NCBI GenBank assembly: GCA_002633005.1
Contig: NMRA01000131.1
Location: forward strand, 24,029-88,028
Direction of reading: 5' to 3'
Length of the DNA: 64,000 nucleotides
DNA from: Phoronis australis
Lineage: Eukaryota > Animalia > Phoronida
The notes under the pieces were generated by a model that did no database searches, was not told where the DNA came from, and saw only the letters and a list, made by a program, of their open reading frames with translations. A program made the position numbers and the translations under genes. Position 1 is the first letter of the stretch. Every line of letters begins with the position of its first letter. Positions 35,641 through 46,413 of the stretch are shown here, piece after piece.

Positions 35641-37341
35641 ATGTTGACTGACAGACCGTTTTTATGGAATTTGGATCAACCTCTACCTGAACCGGTAAAG
35701 TTTGAGGGTTTAAGGGAGGAGTTTCGACTCAGGAAACTGGGCTTTTGTATCACATTTGATCCTAAGTGGTTTGCTGGATGCCAGTGGCCCATTCGAGAGT
35801 GGCTGTTTGTTGCTTATCGCGCAGGTTTTCTTTCTTACCTGTTGAGTTGGGTGATCGTGTCTATAAACGAGTGGAACAATCCAGAAGACGAGCAAGGCTG
35901 GAAGTGGTTCCTTACCCTTGAACATTGGTCGGCTTGTCTCTTACTCGTTTACCTGTGCTCTTCCTTAGTATTACTATGCGTCAAACTGGTACGGAGAATG
36001 ATTATAAGAAGGAACGCGAGAGCTGTGACGGCGTTAGGCACTGAATGCCTACCTAACGATGATAGCACCGACAGGTGGTCCTTAGAACCATCTATCAGGG
36101 ACAGTGAATTGAAACAAAATCGAGTCGACGTAAACCCTCTAACTGAATCCATAGCAGTTTCCTTTGAGCAATCAAGTGACGACGGGTTTATTGGTCACAT
36201 ACTAAACACTTTCAGCCATTCAAAAGACAAATTGGCGAAGTTCCCTTCCCCACTTGAGCACGGTATAATGACGAATGCTCAAGGCAGCTACCCGATTGAC
36301 CTACAGGAGCGAAATTATTACGATAAGTATAGAAAGCGAATGTCCATTGGATCGGATGGGAACGAGATAAGCAAGCTAAGTTTGGGTGGCAGTGCAAAGA
36401 CAGTCGCGACAAAGGCACACGGGATACAATTAGGGCAGAATTTAGAAGTTGGTCCTACCCTCGCTTTCAGCACTGAGGCTAAATATATTAACAAGAGCGA
36501 GCCGCAAAAATCTGAAACCCACGATGTTCGATCTCAACTAAAACTGGACAGAGACAGCAAAGTGAAGACCGTCAATCTTGGTGACGACGTTCTTGCTTAC
36601 ATCACACCGGATTCCATAGACAGCAATAAGTCGGGACGATCACATGTTAGACGAAAGAGTATTGGGGAAAAAGAGAATAAGAGACGGCTTTCATTCACCA
36701 GGACGGATACACCGACTATTTATGAAAGTTTTATGGACACTGACGTACCTTCCAGTGGTTCGCAGCTGAAGACGCGAAGAGCTTGCAAAAAGGATGAAGT
36801 GCTTATATTGTCGTCGCTGCCTGTTCATCTTAAGGCGATTTGGTTTTTGTATTCCGTGAATGTTAACATGGCCATGACGGTTACATTTCTATACTGGACA
36901 AATAAGCACGAAACAGGAGATAATTTAGATGGGGACAGTCCAACGTACTACGGGATGAACGTATTCATTATGCTTGTTGACACAATGATGATCCGAGTAC
37001 CGTTTTACTTTCTACACGTCTTGCACTTGCATGGTGTAGTGTCCGTTTACATCATATTCAGCATCACTTACTCCGTGTTAGGCTACAAGGACATGTCTGG
37101 AAATCAATATACCCACAATGCGTTCGACTTCGTAGGATTTCCAGTGGAAGCTGCCATACACTGTGTGTTGGTATTAACTCTTTTGATACCTTCCTGTGGC
37201 TTGGTTAACCTTCTGTTCTATAAACTTCGTCTTCATTTATACGCCAGTCTTTATCAGTCAAGAAAGTGTGTGCCCAAGCCTATACTTGAAGCAGAGCGAC
37301 TGCGATTGTTTAGCACTTCCAGTCAGAATAGTGGAAACTAA
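35641..37341 (+). CDS. Rolling stone (rost)-like multi-pass membrane protein, about 566 aa, with a large hydrophilic insert
   Basis: Long open frame (ORF track 35587-37341, TTG start). The first ATG is 35641, after a splice-acceptor-like ttggtttcttacag at 35607. Rost-family pattern: EEFRLRKLGF, QWP, YR..F, KWFLTLEHWS, LP..LK.IWFLY, VTFLYW, GMN..MLVD...P...LH, Y..FS..Y...G, Y...D. An upstream coding exon cannot be excluded. Confidence 0.8.
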   Translation: MLTDRPFLWNLDQPLPEPVKFEGLREEFRLRKLGFCITFDPKWFAGCQWPIREWLFVAYRAGFLSYLLSWVIVSINEWNNPEDEQGWKWFLTLEHWSACLLLVYLCSSLVLLCVKLVRRMIIRRNARAVTALGTECLPNDDSTDRWSLEPSIRDSELKQNRVDVNPLTESIAVSFEQSSDDGFIGHILNTFSHSKDKLAKFPSPLEHGIMTNAQGSYPIDLQERNYYDKYRKRMSIGSDGNEISKLSLGGSAKTVATKAHGIQLGQNLEVGPTLAFSTEAKYINKSEPQKSETHDVRSQLKLDRDSKVKTVNLGDDVLAYITPDSIDSNKSGRSHVRRKSIGEKENKRRLSFTRTDTPTIYESFMDTDVPSSGSQLKTRRACKKDEVLILSSLPVHLKAIWFLYSVNVNMAMTVTFLYWTNKHETGDNLDGDSPTYYGMNVFIMLVDTMMIRVPFYFLHVLHLHGVVSVYIIFSITYSVLGYKDMSGNQYTHNAFDFVGFPVEAAIHCVLVLTLLIPSCGLVNLLFYKLRLHLYASLYQSRKCVPKPILEAERLRLFSTSSQNSGN

Positions 37342-37439
37342 AAATATACTTTCCTCGTCAAACCCTTTTAATACGTATAATTTATATCGCCTTTATACAT
37401 ACGTAACGCGTTATTCCTTAATTTATCCTCCACAGTGTA

Positions 37440-37623
37440 TCTTCGTAGTTATGTATATCCATGAGCGTTATCACCCCTTACACAGAGTCACCACTAAGAC
37501 CGAGCTTATAGAAGAGCAGGAGACACCTCTGTGCATTGTTCCATTGTCTGCCAGTGTTAACCACGATTTGAACGTGTCAGGGTCCTAACCAGAGTTCGGT
37601 GCTCAAACCACTAAGCTACACTG
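37440..37623 (-). mobile_element. Possible degenerate tRNA-derived SINE
   Basis: The minus strand begins cagtgTAGCTTAGTGGtttgagcacc...acGTTCAAATCgtgg (A- and B-box-like). Body and tail are not resolved. Confidence 0.35.
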
Positions 37624-38244
37624 TATCTCTCTACCCCAAAAATATAAAAGAGACAACAGTTATTGATTGAGATAGGGCTCTACATGTTGGCTTTTCATGG
37701 CGTGTGATTTTATGCGCCGAGCAAGGTCCCAAAGAATAACGTGTTGTCAGCTCTTTGCAGACCAAAAGCCACTTCCATCGGAAGTCCGCTTCCTGCACTG
37801 AACGGTGGTTTATAGCCATAAATACATCAGGACCTTCGTCTTCATCATACTAACAGTAAAATGAAGGAAATTAAAATCCGAGCTGCAAACCCCCAAGTTG
37901 GCACAATTTAAAAATAAAAATTAAAAATCAGACAAAACTATTAGAAAAATAAATTAGAAGAGTACAATCAATTCACCGATGAAATAAAGAAGTGGTTACT
38001 AATTTGCGTTGTCCGAAATATTGTAAAAAGTTTTACGTACCTGAATTTGACATTTAGTATGAGAAGGACCCTCGTTATGCGCGGAGCCCGAACTTGTAGC
38101 TTAGTTAACTTACTGGATAACCCCGCACCGGCTGTAGACCTAAATGACTCGTGTTGGTGACCTTGCGTCCGTCTCTCCCTTACAAATCAGCTTTGCCCAG
38201 TGCCACCGTTTCAACTAGCACTAGTTGAGACGGTGGCCATCCCT

Positions 38245-38450
38245 TACGCCTGAAGCTTTTCAACGAATTATGCCTCACGCTGATTAAGTTTTCAAAGTCA
38301 CGTTGCTTTTAAGTACCTTTCGCCCATAGACAGCCGTCAGTGTCTTTAATTTCTTCCAACTTGAACAAATGTTCCCGTAATCAAACTTTTTTTCGAGAAG
38401 TACTTCGCTCAGTCGCCCAAATCGGAAACTGGCCATTTTTGCACTGCTCG
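38245..38450 (+). repeat. Fragment of the inner arm module of the 30309-32715 foldback family
   Basis: tacgcc.gaagctttt..cgaattatgcctc.c.ctg..aaagtcacgttg..ttccaact.gaacaaat..atc.aactttt matches 31234-31450. Confidence 0.7.
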
Positions 38451-40265
38451 CGCCAGGAGAAGTGACGTCATATCCAAGCGCGCAAATTTCAAGATGACGA
38501 TCACAACGTTGTTTTGTTAGATGGGAAATGTGTTATGATGTTGCGATGTCTTAACTAGTTAACCCGACGGAACCAAAAAAGTTAGTCAACCATTATGAAA
38601 TTCGATGTCGCGCATTATTACTTAACGGCCATAGTAAAAACTCAACTCAAAATCCACATTTTTCAAAATTGAATAATCTTGTAATTTGAAATAAAAAAAA
38701 AATTAAAAAATTTTCGAGTTCTGTAAATTTGTCAATGTCGTCGAACAACGCCAGCTCTCGGCAAACTGTGTCTAACTCCCTTAAAAGTTACGGTATTTTA
38801 GTAAGACAGGTCCCAGAAATCGATTTACAGTCGGATCTTCACTACTTCAAATAGAGCTAAAGCAGGTGCTAACAAATACATGGGACTACTAAACAAAGTG
38901 TTGTGCTAATGGGATATTTAACTTTAATGTTTAAATTTGAAAGAAATAATATGACGCAAATGTTTCTGTGAAATCTGAAACTTTACTATGCACTTATGCA
39001 AATTCGAGCATGTTTCATTTTTACTTTTAGACTAAAAAGTGGTCTTCGAGAGCGTTTACAGAAACAAATAGCTGATGATTTTTACTAGGGTGAATAAAAT
39101 TGAAAAACTTGAATTTTGCTCGCCCATTTACACGGCTTTTTTCCTCGTGCCTTGTTTCATTAGGGTAACGATGACATATTACCATACTCATTTACATAAA
39201 AAATAGTCTCGCAAAACGAGAATTTCGCGAAATTGCAATGGTAACTTATTCTCGGATGGTTTCCAGCACACCGGAAGACCTGAGATTGTTTGTAAACGAG
39301 TATTTCATTTGTGTATTCACAACTTAATGAGACATAGCATTTTTAATGTGTGTTGCGTACAGCCTATGACTCTCTGAGAATGCCCAACTGATTTGATTTT
39401 TGATCGATAAAATAATATTTACCAACAAATGTGTTTGGAAACAGTAACTTGTGAAAATAGACTGGATAAAACACTGCCAAAACTGCAATGATCTCCATTT
39501 CAGTGATTTGTCGTAAATACATAAATTATATGTCAGACTAAAAGTTGTGACCTTGTCCGTCAGAAAACAAGATTGCCAGTGGGCAATTTTTAATATGTGA
39601 TCAAGTAAATTACACTAGTAATAGGATTGAATTATTTTAATTTCAAGAGTAAAGGATCATAGAAATCAAAAAGCATAATGTTTATTGACAGTTAAGTCTG
39701 ACCCTGGTTGGCAAATTACACAAGAAAGCCAACAACTCTAACCCATGTAGGTTTAATTCACGAACTTAAGTTATGCCAGCTTTGCCTGCTTTTAAATCAG
39801 ATAGCTTAGAAGAAAAGAAAGAAAGGTATAAATAAACGGCTGCAAACATCATCCAGAGACTTTGCAGAGCAAACTTTCCAGTCGAAGAATCGTCTTCATG
39901 CCCGTGGCCATGGGGGCGGGCGAGGTTTCGATCGAAGTCCAACCCAGCATATTCGTTAGGGACAGAAAATAGGTGAACAACAATAACAAAATTGTTGCAT
40001 TACTGGTAATACTAATCAGAATAATAACCAAGTTAGTAATTATTTCAAATTTGCTTCTGCTTCAAAGCATTTTATGTAATCTCATCGGGGCGTACCGGGA
40101 CAAATTCGCCAAGTGGTGTTTGCGTAGATCACAGGATCGTACAGACTTATTAAAGGAGGACACTTTATGTTATGGCAGTCGTAACCCATCGACTAACTCC
40201 ATTGAACGCGCCTGGTGACTACACCATAGGTGACAATGGCCTAGAAGTAAATGTTTATACCTACA

Positions 40266-41537
40266 CTAGCCGCTACCCGTGAGCAGCTAGTATAACGGAA
40301 ATGCCGAAGAGAAATGATACACGTTCAAATCAACATTTAGTGTTGATCGCAAAAGACAGCGATATTTCTTTAAGAGACTGTTTTATTTTAAAGCTTCAAT
40401 CGAAATTCTGTGAAAGTTAGTCAGGGTTCGCGGCTGCGGGATCCTTTCCCCAGGCTGTACAAATATTTTTTCTTTCCAGAACATTTTACCCTGCCTTACG
40501 ATAAAAGTGAAAACTAAGGAAGTATTTAAAAATACTGCCATTGTACACAAAGTATATCATTACAAATGCCACATCATCAATGTACATACTAAGGTAGAAA
40601 GCCAGGCATAGCTGTATGAAAACTATCGTTAACTTACAGCCAGGTAGCTGTGTGTTGAGCTCCGTTAAACACCAATACTTCACACAACCCGGGAAACTCA
40701 GCTTGTCACCTTGTCGTAAACTTATATCGAGTCAACATGTAGAGCTAACGACCGGCGTGGGTGCATGCAGAATTCAGGAATTAACCTACACTAACCTTGT
40801 CCGTTACAACGGTTTAAGTGAACAAAAATATAATAAACGTCACTTTTGCGTAATTCCTCGCATTTTGTAACAAAGAAAAGTCTGTCGTTTTGAAAACAAT
40901 GAGCTCGTTACACGCGCACGCGCCCTACTTAAATTTTGCGATATCTCTTGGGACTGAGATGATGACTGAGATGATGACAGCTTCGCAACAAATTGGGTTT
41001 GCTGGAAATTAAAACGCTAAAATGTTGTAACGAAATGAAACCAGTTCCGATTGTTATGACATGTACGTAAGGTGGAAGAGAAGAACAGTAAGTTGATTGA
41101 AGAATCGGGAAAATTGGCCAATAGGTGACGCAATGGCGCCGAAAGCCGACCCAAAAGAACCCACTGCAGCACAATTTTAGCAGCAAAATAACGGTAGAAC
41201 GCAAATTTTTCCAACATTGGTATATATTCAAGGAAATAGTTTTTTAATGTCATCATTAATTTTGGAGGCGCCAGGGCCGAAGAAGTATATATGTGACTTA
41301 AGCCCCAGGGAGTGAAATTAAGCCGACTGCCTGACGTCATCAAGGCCAGTACAAAACTAGCAACCCTCCCTCCGCATCCGCGAAAAAACGGTCCGAGAGA
41401 AAAATTAGAACATCTCGAATATAAATAGAGGGCCGGTGCACTACCTGAGACCAAGTCGGTGCCGAAACGGACGCAACGAAGGTATGTAGTAGAGCGGGGG
41501 AGACGGAGTTTGTACGAACGATGCATTTTATATAATA
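40266..41537 (-). mobile_element. Non-autonomous Helitron, copy A
   Basis: The minus strand starts tattatataaaatgcatcgttcg and ends ...ctagctgctcacgggtagcggCTAG|T (hairpin partly deleted). It is colinear with copy B over about 1.2 kb. Confidence 0.7.
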
Positions 41538-41789
41538 CTCGTTACCCGTGCTTAAGCACGGTTAGCAGCTATGGTGTATGGGAAATGTCTTCAAGTGAAA
41601 TCAGTGTTCATCGCAAGAGACCGGGACATTTCTTGAAGAGACCGTTTTATTTTAAAGTTTCACTAAGAATTTCTGTTCGCAGATTTAGGCAGGGTGTGCA
41701 GCTGCGGATTCTTTCCCCAGGCAGTAAAAATATATTTTTCTTTCCTGAACATTTTCGCCAGCTGTAACATAACGTACGGTAATCAGCTA

Positions 41790-41863
41790 TGTAGGAACAA
41801 CAACGCTGATGGAACCGGAACTCAATATATTTATCTCCAAGTCTAAATGGCTATAATACTACA
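41790..41863 (-). repeat. 3' LTR (74 bp)
   Basis: tgtaggaacaacaacgctgatgg...ctataatactaca; 71 of 74 positions identical to the other LTR. Polypurine tract GGGAGGAGA (minus strand of 41864-41872) is directly adjacent. Confidence 0.95.
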
Positions 41864-41968
41864 TCTCCTCCCAAGATAGTTTAAGAATATGTGTAAACGC
41901 TTTAAGCAATAAATGTCTTGAACTATGTTAATGTCTTAATCACTAAGCGCTGAAAATTAATCAAATGC

Positions 41969-44900
41969 TCAGAGGTTCAGGCGATCCACTGGTTTTATAA
42001 CCCGTTGAGAACGTCGTAGTTGTTGGGTCTGTGGGGTGTCTACGGTAGGTGGGGTTGATGCCGGGTTTGAAAATGGGTTGGGGGTCGTCTCTTTTGGTGT
42101 AAAATTCTCCTGTGAGGCACTTTTCATATTTTCGGTATGAATCAACGCTGACCGGTTACGGCGAATTGTAGCACCGGACTCTGTGACGACAAGGTAAGAT
42201 CTCGGGTTTGTCGAACTCTCTTTCACTTCGCCGTGTTTGTCTTGATCGCGCACCCAGACTTGGTCTCCAACACCTAATACTGGTAGGGACATAGTTCGGT
42301 TTCTGTGGTCGAAGTTTGCTTTGTTCTTTGAGTTAACCCGAGTTTCTTTCGCCCTTACGGACTGATCATCGATAGAATTGTGAAGGAGTGTCTTAGGCAT
42401 GATCGGCAAAGTTGTTCGGAGCCGTCTGGATATGAGTAGTTGACTCGGAGACTTTCCATTGTGAATAGGCGTCGATCTGTATGCCAGGAAACCTAGGTGA
42501 GGATCAGTATTTTTTTCAATATGTTCTTCGCAGTTTGGACTGCGCGCTCGGCTTAGTCCGTTGCACTGAGGGTAGAGAGGTGAGGATGTCACATGAACGA
42601 AGCCGTAGTCTTTGGCAAACATGTCAAAGCTTTCACAAGCATACTGGGGGCCATTGTCGGATATAACAATGTCTGGTATTCCATGTGTACTGAATATTGA
42701 CTTGAGTGCTTCAATCGTGTGTTGCGCAGTTGTCTGGCTAAGTCTTCGAACTTCGATCCATCTGGAGAAGTAGTCTACTACAAGGATATAGTGTTGTTTG
42801 TTCAGTTCGAACAAGTCGGTTCCAATTCGTTCCCAGGGTCGGGAAGGAAAAGATGAAGGCAACAAGGGCTCCTTCGTCTCTGGTCTGTGAAGAGCGCAGG
42901 TTAGGCACTGTTTACACATTGCCTCAATCTGTGTACTGATGCGTGGCCACCAAACAGATTCCATGGCTCTTGCTCGGCACTTCGTTATCCCTAGATGACC
43001 TTGGTGGATTTGGTTTAGCACCTCAAACTGCATCGACTGGGGAATAACAATACGGTCGTTGTACATCAGTAGTCCATCTATGACGGTGAGATGTTGCTTT
43101 TTCTCGTAGTAAGGTTTCAGTAGCGTATCTGCAGAGAAAGCAGGCCAACCATTTTGGCAGTACTTGATGACTTCACCACATGTTGCATCGCTACGTTGTG
43201 CTTCTTTGATCTGATTCAGACGACCTTGTGTTGCAGGTAAGTATTTGACTGTATACTCAGCTTGATCTTCAACTTCGTCTAGGAATATCTCATCAGGAAC
43301 TGAAGGTTTGTCAACCGGAGCTCGGGACAAGGCATCTGCAATCAGGTGGTTCTTTCCTGGAACGTGGTTTATCGTGGGGCTGAATTTCATCAAACGGAGA
43401 CGGAAACGTAGCACTCGAGGTGGCATCTTAGACAAGTCTGTTGATGACAGTAGAGGCACTAGTGGTTTATGGTCGGTCTCCAGGGTAAACTTGAGTCCAA
43501 GAATGAAGGTTGAGAACTTCTCGCAAGCCCAGGTAGCTGCTAGTGCTTCCTTTTCTATCACTGCATAACGTTTCTCCGTGTCGTTAAGTGATCTGGACGC
43601 AAAGCATACTGGTCTTCTGTTACCACCAGAATCAATTTGGAGCAATACAGCACCAATGCCGTACTGGCTTGCATCAGCTGCTACTATGGTCTCACGACTA
43701 GGGTCGTAGTGGGCCAGTGTGACTGTTGAGACGAGTGCTTCTTTTACTTGTTGAAAGGATCTTTGTTGAGGTTCATCCCATTGGAAGGCTTGGTCTTTCC
43801 TCAAGAGTTGTCTCAGGGGTTCATTCAGCTTCACCAGATTAGGTAGGAATTTCGCCAGCTGGTTCACCATGCCATTAAATCTTTGAAGCTCAGTCACATT
43901 TGTGGGCACAGGGAAATCTCTAACTGCTTGCGTCTTTTCTGGGTCAGCCATTATCCCATCTGAGCTGATAAGGTGTCCCAGGAACTTGATCTTTGATGTG
44001 GAAAACTCACATTTGTTGTTCAGGGTCAGGCCTGCAGCCTGTAGACGCTGAAGTACTGAACGGACTCTTTCGTCGTGTTCTTTTTGAGTGCTTCCATAGA
44101 TGAGTATGTCGTCCATATGACACAAGGTACCATCTAGACCTTCAAGGATCGATGACATCGTACGTTGGAAAATCTCTGGGGCAGAGCTTATTCCAAAGGG
44201 AAGTCTGTTAAACCTGAAACGTCCAAGGGGACTGATGAAGGTTGTTAGGTCTTTGGATGCTTCATGTAGAGGAATCTGCCAGAACCCTGAGTTGGCATCT
44301 AATTTCGAGAAGATAACTGGCTTACCGCAACTAAGACTGCTCAGACTGTCCTCAACAGATGACATCGGGTGAACTTCACGCCTCACGGCTTTGTTCAGTG
44401 GAGTAAGATCTACGCAAATGCGCACTCGGCCATTGGACTTTGGGATGCACACCATGCCGGAACACCATTCAGTAGGATGGGTAACCTTGGAAATAATGCC
44501 CTGTCTTTCCATAGACTCTAACTCTTTTTCCACCTGCGGAAGCAAAGGGTGGGGCACACGTCTGGCAGTGTATAAACACACAGGGTTGGCGTCAGGTTGA
44601 AGACTTATCTCGTAGGGTGTGGTCAAACAGCCTAGACCTTGAAACAGCTTCGGGAACTCCCCACGAAAATCTGGTTTTGCATCTACCTCATAGACAGATG
44701 CTGAAGGTATCAAAAGCTTGAAGTGTTCACAGGCACGTTTGCTTAACAGGTTTAAGCGTTGTCCTTTCATGATGTAAACATCTTCTTCTAGCTGACGATC
44801 ACCGCAACAAAGTTTGGCTTTTGGGATCACACCAAGAATACGGTCGTTCAGTGTCACATTGCCGGCACCTCGGCAGTTGGTCAGATTGGTGTTTGGTTCC

Positions 44901-45904
44901 AGCTTAGTTTTAGCCAGCCACGGATTTTTGTCTCCCATCACTGTGATGTCTGCGCCGCTATCTAGCTTGAACTGCGTAGTATGACCGTTCACAGAGATAT
45001 CTGCTGACCAGTGCTTTTTAGAAGCTTCAATTTGACCCAGAAATTGCACAGGAACGTCTTCTTCTTCCTGAGTATCTATTTCTGCTGTGCTTTTGGACCT
45101 ACAAGCTTTGGACCAATGGCCTATCTTGCCACAGTTGTTGCACTTGCTGTCTCTAGCTCTGCACTCTTTGCGTGCGTGTGGTTTAGTGCTACCACACCAC
45201 TTACAACTTTCTGACTGGTTCTTCGGTGGACCCTGCTGCTTTTTATGAGCCTGCTTCTTCTGAGGATTGTTGTGCTTCTTGAACCCATGCCGTTTCACGA
45301 ACTCGACTGTACTCTCACTTTTGCCTGACATCACCTGTTTCTGAGTGCGTGATGCCTCTGCTGCTCGAAGATTCTCAATGGCTTTTGCGAGGCTTGGTAC
45401 AGGGCGTTCTCTTAAGAGTCTCTCTCGTCCTGCGTCATCATTCGTCCCAACGACTATGCGGTCTCTGATCAGTGAGTCTTTCAGTTCCCCGAATTCGCAA
45501 GAGTCAGCTAACTTGCGTAATCTTAGGACAAACACATCTATCGTCTCTCCCGTCTTTTGGACTGCTTGGTTGAACACAAATCTCTCGTAGAGAACATTCT
45601 TCTGAGGAACAAAGTATGCCTTTAAGGCATCAATGATCTTCTGAGGATTGCGTCTGTCTTCTTCACTGACGTTAGGCAAGTTACACAGTACTCGTTTACA
45701 CTCCTGCCCCATGACGGAGCAGAGTGTCGCAGCAACTATTGATACACCCTTTAGGTCTGGTGCACCATCCGCCTTAACCATTTTTGTGTCTAGTTCTGTG
45801 GCGGTCATGTAGTCTATCCAGGCGGTTTCAAATTCACGCCAGTTCTCTGTCACATTCCCTTGTACTGACATTGGGGTTGGGGCCGGTATATGATATGTTG
45901 CCAT
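41969..45904 (-). CDS. Gag-Pol polyprotein, 1311 aa (gag with two CCHC knuckles, protease, RT, RNase H, integrase)
   Basis: CKWCGSTKPHARKEC and CNNCGKIGHWSKAC; protease LDSGAD; RT LDANSGFWQ, RLPFG, HMDDILI; RNase H DASQYGIGAVL, EKEALA, TDHKPL; integrase HQGHLG..CLTC, GTDLF, SDNGPQY. Confidence 0.97.
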   Translation of the reverse strand: MATYHIPAPTPMSVQGNVTENWREFETAWIDYMTATELDTKMVKADGAPDLKGVSIVAATLCSVMGQECKRVLCNLPNVSEEDRRNPQKIIDALKAYFVPQKNVLYERFVFNQAVQKTGETIDVFVLRLRKLADSCEFGELKDSLIRDRIVVGTNDDAGRERLLRERPVPSLAKAIENLRAAEASRTQKQVMSGKSESTVEFVKRHGFKKHNNPQKKQAHKKQQGPPKNQSESCKWCGSTKPHARKECRARDSKCNNCGKIGHWSKACRSKSTAEIDTQEEEDVPVQFLGQIEASKKHWSADISVNGHTTQFKLDSGADITVMGDKNPWLAKTKLEPNTNLTNCRGAGNVTLNDRILGVIPKAKLCCGDRQLEEDVYIMKGQRLNLLSKRACEHFKLLIPSASVYEVDAKPDFRGEFPKLFQGLGCLTTPYEISLQPDANPVCLYTARRVPHPLLPQVEKELESMERQGIISKVTHPTEWCSGMVCIPKSNGRVRICVDLTPLNKAVRREVHPMSSVEDSLSSLSCGKPVIFSKLDANSGFWQIPLHEASKDLTTFISPLGRFRFNRLPFGISSAPEIFQRTMSSILEGLDGTLCHMDDILIYGSTQKEHDERVRSVLQRLQAAGLTLNNKCEFSTSKIKFLGHLISSDGIMADPEKTQAVRDFPVPTNVTELQRFNGMVNQLAKFLPNLVKLNEPLRQLLRKDQAFQWDEPQQRSFQQVKEALVSTVTLAHYDPSRETIVAADASQYGIGAVLLQIDSGGNRRPVCFASRSLNDTEKRYAVIEKEALAATWACEKFSTFILGLKFTLETDHKPLVPLLSSTDLSKMPPRVLRFRLRLMKFSPTINHVPGKNHLIADALSRAPVDKPSVPDEIFLDEVEDQAEYTVKYLPATQGRLNQIKEAQRSDATCGEVIKYCQNGWPAFSADTLLKPYYEKKQHLTVIDGLLMYNDRIVIPQSMQFEVLNQIHQGHLGITKCRARAMESVWWPRISTQIEAMCKQCLTCALHRPETKEPLLPSSFPSRPWERIGTDLFELNKQHYILVVDYFSRWIEVRRLSQTTAQHTIEALKSIFSTHGIPDIVISDNGPQYACESFDMFAKDYGFVHVTSSPLYPQCNGLSRARSPNCEEHIEKNTDPHLGFLAYRSTPIHNGKSPSQLLISRRLRTTLPIMPKTLLHNSIDDQSVRAKETRVNSKNKANFDHRNRTMSLPVLGVGDQVWVRDQDKHGEVKESSTNPRSYLVVTESGATIRRNRSALIHTENMKSASQENFTPKETTPNPFSNPASTPPTVDTPQTQQLRRSQRVIKPVDRLNL

Positions 45905-46324
45905 TTTTGTAATGTTCTGAATGTTGTCAGTTTATGTGTTACTTCGTTAACGTGTTCACTAATGTTGCGTGTCACTTGTGCAGGTGCTGGTAAATTTATT
46001 CGGTCAATAAATTCACTAACTTTTATGTATCGCTACTTATAATGTAAAGTTGCGCGTTAAAGTTATCTTATAGAGCCTCACACTTTCCTCGCGAACTTCG
46101 ATCACATGAACTGTCAGCTCAAAACACACAATGCACATGTGTCTATGACGTCATGGAAAATTTCGAAGTACTGTACGACAACTATCAACAGTTCCAGGCT
46201 ATTTTCTGATTTTTCACAAACAAAATCCTTCGAAAACAGCACGAAAGATCCTTGGCACAAACCGTTGGAAGGTATCAGTTTATAATGCCCAGTTGTTTCG
46301 GCAGAATCACAAAAATGACACAAA

Positions 46325-46339
46325 CCGCCGCTGCCACTA
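46325..46339 (-). other. Primer-binding site, tRNA-Leu type
   Basis: Minus strand TAGTGGCAGCGGCGG directly follows the 5' LTR. The complement of the metazoan tRNA-Leu(AAG/TAG) 3' end is TGGTGGCAGCGGTGG (recalled from the human sequence), giving two mismatches. Confidence 0.7.
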
Positions 46340-46413
46340 TGTAGGAACAACAACGCTGATGGAACCGGAACTCAATATATTTATCTCTAAGTCTAAAGAG
46401 CTATAATACTACA
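46340..46413 (-). repeat. 5' LTR (74 bp)
   Basis: Direct repeat of 41790-41863 with three substitutions. Confidence 0.95.

Larger units (their letters stand above)
41790..46413 (-). mobile_element. Full-length Ty3/gypsy LTR retrotransposon, Mag / K02A2.6-like (4624 bp)
   Basis: 74-bp LTRs (TG...CA) at 41790-41863 and 46340-46413. 5-bp TSD AGCTA at 41785-41789 and 46414-46418. PBS and PPT present; single gag-pol ORF. Confidence 0.97.

Noticed and set aside
43308-45590. Plus-strand ORFs inside the retrotransposon
   Set aside because: Antisense shadows of the gag-pol frame.
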